DNA of 63,661 nucleotides, the filler included, from Octopus bimaculoides (taxonomy: Eukaryota), in the NCBI RefSeq assembly GCF_001194135.2. It is 4 parts of 4 records of this genome, joined end to end, with 100 filler letters (N's around TTAATTAATTAA, not from the genome) between each part and the next. Parts side by side here need not be neighbours in the genome. Positions count along the whole stretch, not along the records: positions 1 to 27,976 come from NC_068998.1; 3 more parts are not named here. The stretch is one strand, 5' to 3'. Under the pieces are notes generated by a model. The model was not told the DNA's origin, searched no databases, and worked only from the letters and a program-made list of their open reading frames with translations. Shown here one piece after another: positions 12,851-26,000 of this stretch; the stretch's first letter is position 1, and each line of letters begins with the position of its first letter. A program made the position numbers and the translations under genes.

Positions 12851-14306
12851 TCCCACTTAATCGTGTTTTGAAACATCCCCAAATGCAATGAACAGCTCCT
12901 GTTGTAGATTTTGCCTTTCTTGTGAAGCTGCCTTGGAACAAGGTTCATATCTGCTGTGCATCGGTCCCTATGGAAGCCATTGTGAAGTGATTAGTCTGTT
13001 AAGAATAACTTCTCTGTGTGTATATGAACATGACCCACAACCACCACACAACAGCTAAAAAATATTACAAGCTAAATTATGTAATACTGTATACTTTTCT
13101 CTTCCTTAGTATCATATAACTTCTTTATTTCTTTCCTACTTGAAAAGAGTCTTTGTTCACATTACTTAATTGGAGACGCAAATTGAATAATGTGAAAATT
13201 CACGTGATTGGGAAGAAATATTTTAAAAATATACAAAATATCAGGCTAAAAGAGATTATCCAAATTCTACCAAGGAACGACATTTGCTCTTAAGAAATAT
13301 CATTTGTCACAGCACAGTAAATAAAATTCGCCTACGTTTCACTATAAGAGAACATCATTTAATAAATATATCGAATCAGTTTGGGTGGGTGTTATTTTAA
13401 TCAGCTCACCTACAAAACTAAAAAGCTAACTTTAAATAACAATTATCTAAAAGAAATCAATGATGTAAGTTACAAAAAAAAATTACTGATATTCTAATTA
13501 ATTTCAATTAAAACAACTCCCAATGCTCTCGAAATTTTAGTAATTAAAACAAAATTAATATTTGGCAAAGGAAGGGTTGCTAAAAACGAACACAAAACAA
13601 ATCTAACTTAAATTAGAATTAAATGTGTATTAAAAACAAAATGTAAATTGTTCCATGAACGAATTTCATTAATAAAGTGATCAATAATTTTATTAGATTG
13701 TCAGTGTTAAAACAGACAAAATTTGTTTCGCATATTAATAATATAAAGACGAAAAGAATTAATCATAGAATATATGAAACAAACAGCGTAATTAGAGATT
13801 TCTAGAGATATTTTTGCAGATCTTCTAATAAACGACTTCTGTCGTTATTTAAGGTTCAATAATACGAACACAAATAGTGTTTCTTAGACGATTAGACGAC
13901 GTATAACAGTGGAAATTTATGGTGGAGGAGGGGGTTTCAATAACAATCATATATATTTGTATGTATATATATATACATTACGTGGAGATAAATGTAGTTT
14001 AAAGGCGAAGTGATGTCAGTCGCTATTATCTTTGATTTCGATAATTATTATTATTTATAAAATTCTGATAAGATAACCTTGGCTTAAATACTACAAACTA
14101 GATTTGCCTTCACTCTTCCATGGCTAAACACTCGATTTGTACATACACAGAAGCAAAGAGAACGAGACAGTGAGAGGGCGCCAGTAAGATATAACGATCA
14201 CAGCTAAATAATGTTTAAGTATCAGTTAAATATCCAAATGAACAAACAATAATCCAAATACATATGTAAGAATAAAATATTAAGGTAGATAACATTGATA
14301 ACTTAC

Positions 14307-14334
14307 CCACATGTTCGTCATTGCTGCTAGCCAT
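14307..14334 (-). CDS. Putative first coding exon of an unidentified gene (MASSNDEHV, phase 1)
   Basis: ACCATGG Kozak context at 14334, open frame to a consensus G|GTAAGT donor at 14307/14306, and location beside the putative promoter. No downstream exon could be found. Confidence 0.4.
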
Positions 14335-14499
14335 GGTCACAGATGCTAGCCATGTACTAGAAAACCGCAGTTAATAAAGAAGTTATTTCAACAGATACTT
14401 TAAAATATTATATAATTGGATAAAATAAATTTTTTCCTTAAAAAAAATTTTTGAATCATACTATTGAATCATAAAACAATTATTTAGATATTTTTAATA

Positions 14500-14780
14500 G
14501 AATAAACATCTGGAGTGCGTTATTTCCGGAAAATAATAGAATCTGATTGATGTTAGGAATTTTTCCTTAATAGATTTTTTTTTTCAATTTAATTAATACT
14601 TAAAATTTAAACATTTCTGAATAAAGAATTATATTCCGTTTGTGCTTAAATTAGAAATTGGGGTAAATAATCACGAAAACGGGTATTTTCCGCCGGAAAC
14701 TCGTGTTCGGGGTGAGCACAGGTCGGTGTTAACTTTCTGCTGCTAATGGTGTGTCTATTATTTATATTTCACTCTCCAGC
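14500..14780. promoter_or_regulatory. Putative bidirectional promoter with ETS-like CCGGAA sites
   Basis: Local CpG enrichment in AT-rich unique DNA; palindrome TTTCCGGAAA (14523-14532) and quasi-palindrome TTTCCGCCGGAAA (14687-14699); lies between the minus-strand ATG exon and SLC25A44. Confidence 0.45.
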
Positions 14781-14834
14781 AGGTTCGATTATATATTTAC
14801 GTTTAACATACACACACATTTATATATATGTATG

Positions 14835-14867
<33 letters not shown>

Positions 14868-17800
14868 ACCAAATTTTATTTATTCCTTATTAATAAATAA
14901 TAAAAATTCCTTCATTTTAGAATTAATTTGAATAATTAAAGGGTGTTTTAAATTACAATCTTAAAAAAATTACTAAACTTTGATATATGAATAGTTTGGT
15001 GTTAAACCGAATAATATAAACAATAACCATTTGTTTTATGTTTACATCTTATGTAATTAAAGTGGTTATGCAACCTTGACAATCACCTGCTTAGTTAGAA
15101 ATGTGGGCTTATCTCAGACACTGTAAACCTTTTGTTGGATACATTAACTGGTAAAAAGCTGCTACATTTTCTATCTCTTTATATTTTCTATCGTTTTGTG
15201 GCATTTAATTTGTATTCATGAACATAATTTGATTTTATTCCCTTATTTTCTGATGGTCATTCATTTTCTAGTACTTGTAGTTATTGCTATTTATGCACTC
15301 TTCCAATAAACCTGACCAATATACGGTTGTCTACAGCAACTATTAGTTGTAGAAATCAATAGAAAGCCTTTAGATATGTTCTCATTTTTAATTGTATTCC
15401 GAAAGTTTCTCTAAATATAGCTGTAATGTTTGTTTGCCTGACATTTTTCAATGTCTTTATATAACTATTTATCTCGGATGGATGAATGGTTTGGCTATTT
15501 AGTTCAAAAAGCCGTTCGTCGATATTCTGTCATGTATGAAATTTTCTTGATTGATGGATACATTTAAAGAAATTTTATGAAAAAAGTTGAAAATTTCTAC
15601 AGAAAAATTTGATTTTTAATTTAAGAAGACGTTCTAGATTAAGTTATTTAAACTGCTTAGTTGATTTGCTTGTAACCTTATTAGGTCATTGGGGCACCTC
15701 TAATGAAGGAATTTTATAATCACGAAACAGACCCTTCGAATATGAATAATAAAAATTCGAGAAAACTTCTAATGATCAGCATCTAGTCTCGGGTAGTAAA
15801 AGGAATAAATATTGAAAAATGTTAAGAGTGCTGTGATGTGAGGAAACATTTCTGATTTCAAGCAACAATCGATATAGTTGAGCATATTCCTTCACTCAAC
15901 ATACTGCTTATTATTATTAAAATCATTTTTTTTTTATTAACTTGACTGTATTTTTGTATATTAGTAGAATTTCAATGAATCCTAGTCATTATATATATAT
16001 ATTTTATACAGAAATAGTACTCATTCCTACTGTAAATTAAAAACCTACATGCTGTTGCTACTTCTAGCCTCATACACCTACCAAAGCAGACGATGCTCTT
16101 TTCCACTCGTTAGCTATCACATACCTACTCACAATATAGATCAATATAGGACCCCACCTCCTTTTTTAGGACAAAATCCCCACAGAGAAAATAATGAATG
16201 TTTAAAATGTCACATAGGATAGAAACCCAGCGATTAAAAAATACAAAATTCAACAAATACAGTGTAATCAGAATTTAAAAAGAAAAGAAAAACCACCCCC
16301 AAATATAACAAAAAAAAAATTATATAAAATTAGATGATTAATTTAATAATTAGTTTAATATAACCAGTGATACAGCACAACACTAATGTGTTCATTATTG
16401 AATACATATTCCACTATTTGCTGTATTTTGGAAATAAAATCTCTGAAAGAATGTTTTGTTAATAAAACATTTAACCAAGGGGTTTATCCTTCTTTACACT
16501 TTCATAGGGGGCATTTTAAAATAGAGTTTTGTCCTAAGATTATTTTTTTGTCTGGATCTCAACCTAGATATCTTATGCCAGACTAGCTGTTTCTATAAGT
16601 AGAGAGCCTCAACATGTTGAGGGCACATAATAGCCTCACCTCCTTTACTCCTGCCCTACAAGCTTCTCTATGCAAGCTGTTACATATGCACACACATACA
16701 AACATCCTATTGACACCAACACACTGAAACCACCGGTTCACGGATATGCTGTTTATTCTCTCTCCAACAGCTTTTGCTCCATTGAACTACTATACTACAG
16801 ACTACCTCTGTTTTTAACTAGTTGATGCATCTGTCACTCCTCCATGGAACTGCTCCTCCTTGCACACATGCTGTTTTATACCATGTCAGCCCTGATTGTG
16901 CAGATCTCTATCTCTCTCTTTGTTCGGCCATAGTGTATCTACAACTGCATTATTCAGTGTGCTTACTTTTTTTTAAGACTATAGAGTGGGATTTGTGGTT
17001 GATCTCAACCAATCACATAGAAACTCCCTTGTTTACTCACATTTTTCTTAGCTGTGCCAAATTCACAGAAGTCATAACTGAAGATCAACCACATCAATTT
17101 CACTAGTCTGGGAGGACCTTTAAAGGTTATGTTCCTTCTTGGTCAATAAAAAAAAATTGTTTCTGCTTTGATGATTAGTTTTAGTTTTGCATGCATTAAA
17201 TTTCCAAGCAGTATTTTTGGAACTTGAAGATGAATTAATTGTAATCATAACCATTTTGCCATCTTCTTGCAGCCAGTTGTTATTTAGATTTCAGTTAATC
17301 TTGATTAAACAGATGATCAATGACATTCCCATCATGACCATTCTATTTTTTTAGGGTATCTAAAATATTATCAACTAATGTTTTTTAACCACAATAAAGA
17401 TGTGTCACATAATACTACATCAGGAGTCTGTGTTCTCCCATTAACCTTGGTAAATCCTCACTTTCATGTTATGTGTTTATCAATAACATCAATGTAGTCA
17501 CTAAAACATTGTTTAAGATGGTGATGGGATGATTTTAGATGCCTTTGCTTCTGTTTCTAGCAGATTGTGCAACCATGTTTAGGTTCCCCAAAACATCCAA
17601 GTGGATACTGTTAGGAATTCAAATTTGTTTCAAATATTTTGTTTCTTTCTTTTTTGGACATTTAACTTTGCATAATCTTTCACCTAACTGGCAATAGCAG
17701 ATCTGGAAGCATTCTCAGGGCATCACCTAATGGAAGGAATCGAAGGGAAACTACTCTGGAAGAAAGACTTATGACTTCCTGATAAGTTGTGGGAGAGACT

Positions 17801-18568
17801 GGCACATGCTTATCAATATTAAGATTAATTACAGCAAACATAAAAAAAAAAAATAAAAGATTATAACTCAACAATAAACTACTTGTAAACTGTTAGAATG
17901 TTATTACACCTAGCATCAGAAATGTCTAGTATCTGACTATGCAACAACTGTTACATTAAGTAATTGTAGGCCTAATGTTAGTCTGTCTAATCTGGTTCTT
18001 CTAACAATTCAAAAATTAATTTTGAAGGTCATGCAGGTTTTTTTTTTTTTTTACACTTTATATTGTTATATACAATACTTACAAAATTTTGTGTAATCTT
18101 AGAAGCTGACTTCTCAGGTGGGTTTTCCTGTGTTAGTTATTAGCTCACTATTGTAACACTTTCATAATTGTTTCTTTGTCACAGAGATTCTATCAATTTT
18201 GTCAAAATTCATAATGAAGTGTTTACTATTTTCTTTAAAGAACTTCTAATTTACTCACTTTCAATGTTTATTTAAAACTTTTATTCTTTATATTTCAAAT
18301 ATTAAATTTGCAATAAGCTTTTATTTTTCCTTTCAATTTTCAGGTTCCCCAGAGAAAAGAGCCTTATGATGGTTCCTTAAATAATTATGTAATTATGACT
18401 GTCAGATGTCAGCTGATTTTGTCAGTTTCGTTATAATTAACCAAAATGTACTGATTTCAAGATGAGCTGAAAAAAAGGTAGAAGTAAATTCTGGAAGGAC
18501 CAGGATGGATATTGAAAATTTGTAACATACAATATTGCACTGATTTAAAACTGTACGTCTCTATTGTC

Positions 18569-18788
18569 ATGGCTACTAACGTAAATAATATTAATTTACA
18601 AGTGATTGAATTTGAAATGCTGGATAAGAGTAAATATTTTCCTTTAACAATGTTGAGTAGCTTCTCTGTAAGAGGAATCTTATATCCATTCTCCTTAATA
18701 AAAACTCGATTACAAATTCAACGTGGGACAGCTTTGTATAAAGGAACAATTGATGCCTTCATCAAAATTACTAAAAATGAAAGTATCT
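18569..18788 (+). CDS. SLC25A44: Solute carrier family 25 member 44, coding exon 1
   Basis: MATNVNNINLQVIEFEMLDKSKYFPLTMLSSFSVRGILYPFSLIKTRLQIQRGTALYKGTIDAFIKITKNESI matches the SLC25A44 N-terminus (IEWE-LDK...YPF-LI-TRLQ). T|GTAAGT donor at 18788, phase 1; likely acceptor TTTTCAG| at 18343. Confidence 0.93.
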
Positions 18789-19369
18789 GTAAGTAAATTG
18801 GATTTTCTTTGATATTGATTCCATTTCTTTGCTGGGCCTTTTTAATATTATATTGCTTCAACAGTTAGTTGACAGAGTATCAGATTACAAACTTTGGTCT
18901 TCTATTTTCAGTGTTCAAATTCCATCACTGATTGGTGAAATGAGTAACATTAGTGCATGTAGGTTGATTTAAGCAAATATTCCCCTTCAAAATTGGCCCT
19001 TGTGTCTTTTCAAGATATCAGTAATATGTTCCTTTAGGAAAGTAGTAGAGTGTAGAAATTAGCTCCTGACAAATTGAATCTATAATTTAATTTCAGTTTT
19101 TAGTTCAGTTGTATATTTCTAATATGCTTCATGAAAATATGCAGGTTACACTTGCTCTTTCCTGAGAACATGTGAAATATGCATATAATTATTTTTATGG
19201 GTTAATGAATTTTAATGAATCTGGGGAATGCAAATAATAGTTTCTAAGATTGGTATAAATTTTGTATATGCACAAAATTCTTTTGCAGGTTGCTATTTCT
19301 AGCAGATTGAATTGCTATGTAGAAGCTCCTGTAATGGATTAGCATAATTTTATTTACTAAATACTCAAC

Positions 19370-19690
19370 TGGCACTTCATTGGTTACAACGATGAGTGTT
19401 CCAGTTGATCCAATGAATGGAACAGCCTGCTTGTGAAATTAACATGCAAGTGGCTGAGCACTCCACAGACAGATGTACCCTTATAGTTCTCATGGAAATT
19501 CAGCGTGACACAGAATGTGATAAGGCTGGCCTTTTGAATTGCAGGTATAACTCACTTTTACCAGCTGAGTGAACTGGAGCAACATGAAATAAAGTTTCTT
19601 GCTCAAGGACACAACACAATGCTGGGAATTGAACACATGATCTTATGATTGTGAACCAAATACCACTAACCACTAAGATATGTACCTTCA
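19370..19690 (-). mobile_element. tRNA-derived SINE in SLC25A44 intron
   Basis: Ends ...CTTGCTCAAGGACACAAC...GGGAATTGAAC...ACTAACCACTAAG, the reverse complement of the head at 3779-3870. Confidence 0.65.
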
Positions 19691-20169
19691 GATTTTATTG
19701 AATAAGTGACAATGTGATGCTGACAAATTCTGATACATTCGATCTTTAAACACCTATTACTGAAAGTTAAAACTTGTTCTGTGTTTATGTTTCTAAGTAC
19801 TTTACTCACACCTCATTATGACCTCCAGTGCTTCCCTTTGTGATTCCATTTCAAGTAAGAGTAAATGGAATCATATTTCATACATATTTCTCCTGTATAA
19901 CCTTGTCTAGAAATCCTTCAAATTTTCATCCAAAACCAAAATGGTAGAATCTATATTTAAAACCCAAGAGAGAAATAAATAATTAAATACTATCAGCTGT
20001 AATAAGTTTACTACAAGTTCAATACAGGAACTAACAATTGGCAGGATTTGAACTCAGTTTGTAAAGCTGTAACTAAATTTTGCAAAGCAGTTTGTTTAAT
20101 CTTCTTACAATTCTGCCAATTCACTTCCCTAAAACATTGCTTTACTGACACAGTCAATTCCCAGGATTA

Positions 20170-20170
20170 A

Positions 20171-20239
<69 letters not shown>
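20170..20239. repeat. (TAA)n microsatellite
   Basis: Perfect TAA run. Confidence 0.9.
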
Positions 20240-21650
20240 CTTTTGTTTATTAACCAAAAAGATTGACAAAAAAATCAAGGATGGTACACGACAATACTGT
20301 GTGGAATTACATAACAAAATATCATATAAAGAAGGGAAATTACAAAAAATTCAAAGTAAAATTCACTAAAATGAGAGAATTCTGAGAGCTACCAGTGGAA
20401 ACCAAACAAAAATCATGGTTACCCTGACCACTAAAGCAAGTGCCCTTTCCCAACTGTTTAATGAGAGAATTCTGAGAGCTACCAGTGGAAACCAAACAAA
20501 AATCATGGTTACCCTGACCACTAAAGCAAGTGCCCTTTCCCAANNNNNNNNNNAAATGAGAGAATTCTGAGAGCTACCAGTGGAAACCAAACAAAAATCA
20601 TGGTTACCCTGACCACTAAAGCAAGTGCCCTTTCCCAACTGTTTTCCTTCAATCTAATAAGTACATACTCTGAGCAGGTCTATTCACTCGGACCATGCTC
20701 ACCACTCTAACTTTCTCTTCTAAATGAAATGTGAAAATGCTGATGAGGGCTTGGCCAAGGAAGATGGTACTTGTCTTCAGTCTTTTCAGTCTTGGCCACC
20801 TCACAACCTCTTTTGTCAAGGCCAACAAAAAGACAAAAACTGCCTGTCCTTCCAGGTTAACAGAAGGTGGTGGGATAATCTTCACAGTGGACTAAGCTGA
20901 TGATAGCTGGGTCTGTTTTGCATGTGACAGCAGCTGTTCAACATAACATGAAACCATTCTGCATGCACTCGTCCAGTGATCAACCATTGCTATGCATTGT
21001 ATGAATGCATGTAGAATGGTTTTATTGCCTGGTGCACATCTTGGACAGTGCACAGCTTTGGACAAGCATTTCCATGGTTCGAGAATTTATCTTAAACCAG
21101 CAGTACTGCCCAGTAGCATTGCCTAGCCAAAGATAGATATTTGGAAATTATCCATGGGTTCCAGTTTGAAAGTCCTCTACAACAGATCCATCAATTGATT
21201 TTCATTGACATCCAGGATTTTCCCAAGAACTTTGTTGCTTTTGCTCCCCTGTTAATCCTCTATAAAATGCCAACAAGGAACTTTAACCTACTGCATCACC
21301 AAACTAGTAGAGGGCTGTGAGTACTTGACAACATTCCAGATGACAAGTACCTTGTCTCAATCTTTGCTTCACCTATGACTGAAGCTCTATCAGAGAAATG
21401 AGCTGTGGAAAATGCATCTGACAAACAAAAACCAGCCCTGTTCACCATGAAAAAACTGGAGGTGTCAAAACCTTAGCTCATGTCTCCACATCGGCAGCCA
21501 TGGTATCCACACTGTGAGTATTGACAACAAATGGAGCTCCTGACCTATGGAACACATTCCTTTCACAAAAAGTAAAAGAACAGTCACTCTAGTCCGGTCA
21601 GATATGAACTGGGGCAAGGTACAACAGTCAGGCAGTAATAGGTAATGGAG
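20240..21650 (-). mobile_element. Decayed Tx1/L1-like LINE, post-RT region and zinc finger
   Basis: Minus-strand CPRC-x5-ILHAFIQC cysteine motif (~20985-21045), SLARQCYWAVLLV*DK (zf-RVT-like), YCLTVVPCP...LFFYFL near 21560-21640. Many stops. Confidence 0.7.
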
Positions 21651-21747
21651 TCAATGTAAGCATTCACCATCTCTATTTATTATTTTCTTACTATTATCAT
21701 CACCAACACCACAACCACTGCCATCACCGCCATCACCATCATCATGC

Positions 21748-21950
21748 TTAAGGCAGTGCACTGGCTAAGCTGTTAGCACACCAGGCAAAGTGCTTAGTGG
21801 CATTTCACCCATGTTTATGTTCTCAGTTCAAATTCTGCCAAAGTCAACTTTGCCTTTTATCCTTTTGGGTCTATAAAATAAGTTTCAGTTGAGTACTGGG
21901 GTTGATGTAATTGACTTCCCCACCTCTCAAAATTGTTGGCCTTTTACCAA
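21748..21950 (+). mobile_element. tRNA-derived SINE (family with GTTCAAATTC B box and GCCTTTCATCC core)
   Basis: Same family as copies at 34998, 36067, 38940, 56712 and 56895. Confidence 0.7.
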
Positions 21951-22779
21951 AGGATTGTTATTTTTGTACTTGTCACAGTTTCTAAAAACTGGCTTGATTT
22001 TTTTTTTTTTTAAGGTCTGTCCATCAGATCTGAGTCTTCAGACAGAGAGAACTTTTTGCAGAATATAAACTGTGCCTAATAAGTCAGTTTTTTTTTTTAT
22101 TTTTTAAGTTTTTTTTTTATATATAGTGCTGATATCATATTTGATTTTAAGTTGGTTAAGGAAATGTGGTGGTTTCTTTAGGATGGGTCCCAATAATTCC
22201 TACCACCACATGAATAACTTTAGTAGAAGTGGTCAACATTCTTACTTGTTCTGTCTTCAACTTAGCATAGTTGGTAATCTTTTTGACTGACTTAAAAACA
22301 TATTGAAGCAAATCTTCATTGCTGTTTACTAGCTAAAATCTAGCCTCCATCTTTCTGTGGCACCACGTTCCTAAACACTAATCAAGCCTCTGCCACCATA
22401 TTTTCAGTTCATGTACAGGCACAGGTCAATGATATTGACTCCACCGCCTCCTCCACCAAACTTTCTGACCTTGTGCTCTCTTAGAAATAATTTTTATTGT
22501 TTAAGGTAGTAGACTGGCAAAATCTTTATGAAATTACATCTCTCTACATTAAAATTTGAAATCTCTCCAAGGTCAACTTTAGTTATTCCTTTTGAAGTGG
22601 GTAAACCAAGGACTAATTTAAAGTACTTATTGGGTTTTAATTTAATCAACTGTACTCTTCTTAGAATTTGTGTACTTATGTTTATCTAGAAGTATGTTTT
22701 GTATTGATATCTTGTTAGAAAACGAAAAGCAAATATAAAAAATTAATTACTTATTCTCATATATGCTTTCATTACATAG

Positions 22780-23223
22780 TTGGTCTTTATCGTGGATTCT
22801 GGATTAATGCATTACAAGTCTTACCAACAGTTGGATACATTTCAACATATGAAACTACACGGCAATTCCTGAAAGAAAACTCTGATTTAAGAGAAAGCAA
22901 GTTGCGTTCATTTATTTCTGGGGGTGCTGCTTCATTGGTAGGTCAGACTATGTCTGTACCTATTGATATTGTATCACAACACATAATGCTGCTTGGACAG
23001 AGAACTTCTAAAAAGACAAATGTTGATCAAAAGTTGATGAAATTGCAAACTTTACACATTTCTGAAAAAGCCCGTCTATCCAATTTTGGTTCTGTACCAG
23101 AAATTATTCAACAAATATACATTCGAGATGGACTGAGAGGTTTCTACAAAGGATACTTTGTGTCAATTTTAGTTTTTGCGCCAAATAGTGCTCTTTGGTG
23201 GACATTTTATGATACATACACAT
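22780..23223 (+). CDS. SLC25A44: SLC25A44 coding exon 2
   Basis: TTACATAG| acceptor; frame continues FGLYRGFWINALQ...YETTRQFL...FISGGAASLVGQTMSVPIDIVSQH...DGLRGFYKGYFVS...PNSALWWTFYDTYT; T|GTAAGT donor; 444 nt keeps phase 1. Confidence 0.95.
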
Positions 23224-23439
23224 GTAAGTTATTGCAATCTTTCTCTATTTACATATCTACTTAAAAAAATAATTATTGTATTTATTGTAAATCTATAATA
23301 ATTAATTTTTGTGATGTTCTGGTTGAATGCTTAAAATTTAATATGTTGTTATATTTCATGGCACTGTTTAGAGAATTTTAGTTTAGTTGAGTTGAATAGA
23401 CCAAAGAAATAACAAACAACAGAATAGAGCTCTTACCAA

Positions 23440-26000
23440 ATTATTAGTTACATGTTCTCTTTGCATCCAGAACTTCTTTTCAACATATTTGTCTCTTATC
23501 ATCACATGTCCATACCAGTACAGTCTTCTTCTGTACACTACATCTGATTTCATCGATGGCCATTTTGTCTTTCATCTCACCTGTGCTTCATCATTGTTGC
23601 ATGCTGATATTATACATCTTGCTGAATTTTACCTAATTTTACCTATCTTTTACCTAATTTTACCTATCTTTTCCACATGCTCTATATTTAATGTCCATAT
23701 TTCACTACTATGCAGCATCACATTTTGCACACAAGCATCATATAATTTGCTCTTCTCTCAAAGAGAGAAAACCTTTGAGGCCAATGGAGGTAATAATTTT
23801 TTTGACATTTTTCTACAGTCCTTAATTCTGACAATATCTATCTCCAATGCTGATTACATCACCTAGAAGCTATCAACTACTTCTAACAAGCCTTCTAGGT
23901 AACTGAAGATTTCATTTCTTGGGTGTTCTTATTCCTAACTATTTGTGTGCTTCTATTACAAATGAAGTCCTCTGTCAACCTGCCTCAGACCATATTGCAC
24001 CATTTGTGCATCTCAAGTTTGCATTAGGTACACAGTATAGAGATCTTACATTCTCCTTTTCTATATACTGGGCATGACTACTTTCCAGATGGAAGAAGAG
24101 TTTTAGTTCTTGTTTTTTAAATCTTTTGTCTTTGCTAAGTTTACCTTTATATCACTTATTTTAGACCTGTGTAACAGACAGATGTGAGCATACATCGGAG
24201 TTACCCTGTGTAGTGGTAAGATGCAATGGGTCACCATATGTAGTTAGTTGAAGGCAGGATGAAACAGATTAATAACAACATCAGAGAGGAAAGGAATAAC
24301 ATTCACAAATTTATTTGCTGGCAGTAGTTTGTAAAATGTACATAGTAGTAATTGACAACAGTAATGATGTGCTGGTGGCTCACTGGTAGTTGGTAGTGTG
24401 TAAGCTGTGCATTCTGCTGACAGAGAGGAAGACAGAGTGAGGATTACATTGTCCTTTTCCATTCGTCCAATGTTATTGTTCCTGGTTAATGGCTGGCATG
24501 AATAGAGATGTGTGTTCTCTATTAGCTGGTTGAACTAAAGAGGGAGAGAGAGAGAAGATCTCAGTTATATAGGGTATGGCCAGAAAGTAGGTCAAACATA
24601 AAACAATGGACTGATCCTTCCATGACCAGAAAAGGTCTGAGGAGGTCAGATGTTCCTCATTAATCTCTAAGCATAGAGATTAAACACAATGGAATCAGAC
24701 AGTCATCTGATAAGCAACAAGGGTGTAGATCCAGTTTTGAATCTCAGTAAGGCAAGTCTAAGCAAGCTCCTACACCTGCTTCCACAATTTGAACTTTTCT
24801 TCTAATTCTTTAACTGGTGTCACAGACAGTCTGACTTAAACTTCTCTAAAAGATTATAATGAAATGGGGAGAGCTGAGGACTGAACCCTGATAGACACTT
24901 AAAATCCTCACTGAACTTCTTGCTTAATTTCACACCTGTATATGGCTTTCACAAGCCACTTACCTACACTTAATTTCCTTAATGATAATCAGATTACAGG
25001 ATGTAAGTACTCTGTCAAATATCTTATCCAAATCATCAAATGCTTGTTATTGTTGTTTGCTCTTAGCTAAGAATGTCTTGTAGTTGTCTCATTAAGAAGA
25101 TGGCATCAATGGTTTCTCTTCCTCGTACAAACATGTATCTTATCTTAGCTAATTCACTCCCTGTGCTAGAATTTTCTTTCTACATCAAGCCAATGCCTCT
25201 GAAACCACTTCTTTCTGAAGCAACTTCTTTGCTTCATAGCAGTTGATGCTATACCAGTCATTGTGGATAAATCTCCCTTGCACTACGTGATTGCCCAGGT
25301 AAGGCACTGGTATGTTCTCAACTTCAGATATTTTCAACGTCTTGGCAACTGTCCCCAATGATCCCTTACTGCTTACCTTTCCATCATATCTTAAATGGCC
25401 ATTTGAATCACACAGCAATTAACCTTCATACTTATTACCATCTGTTAAATCTATTGGTGGTAATCCTTTCCTCTCGTACACATTCTCCTCATTAAAGAAC
25501 CAATTGTTGTTGCATTTTCAATTTTCTCTTTTTCTTGGTCCCAGGAAGGATAAGTGTGCCACTATCATTATGAACACATTTTTTCACCAACAACTTCTTG
25601 ATATACACTAACACACCACTTTGCATGCCTATACTCCTCTGGCACAGAACATTGGCAAATGTCTTACTTTGAGCTTCTTGCTAGATATACTTGGCATCAA
25701 CTTACTTGATATAATTTGTTCCATACTTACCAGCCTTACTTTTATATACTATTCTATGTCGATCTTTCCTTGGCTAGAACTTAGCTCCATCTACAAATCT
25801 AGTTTGTAACTGCTAGCAAGTTGTTAAAAACTCACTTATGAATTCCCTTCACCTTCTAGTATAGGCATCACTTAGTATTTCTTGAAAGTTACATAGAGTA
25901 AAGAGATCTTTCGTATTCCATGCCTTTCTTTTCCAGTTTGTTTTCTATATTTGACTCCATCTGGCTCTCATTTTGAGTTCATTCATAATCAATCTCTATT
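23440..26000 (-). mobile_element. Old, fragmented RTE LINE in SLC25A44 intron
   Basis: Minus-strand remnants DLDKIFDRV (cf. DMEKAFDRV), LRKLSVGKWLVKA, QGSVLS, ELEEKFKLWK, and RRLYWYGHV near 23500-23530; colinear with the 6270-8935 family. Confidence 0.7.

Noticed and set aside
20366-20642. Three copies of a ~90-bp unit
   Set aside because: Copies are identical and straddle a 10-N gap inside a decayed LINE; most likely an assembly overlap artefact.
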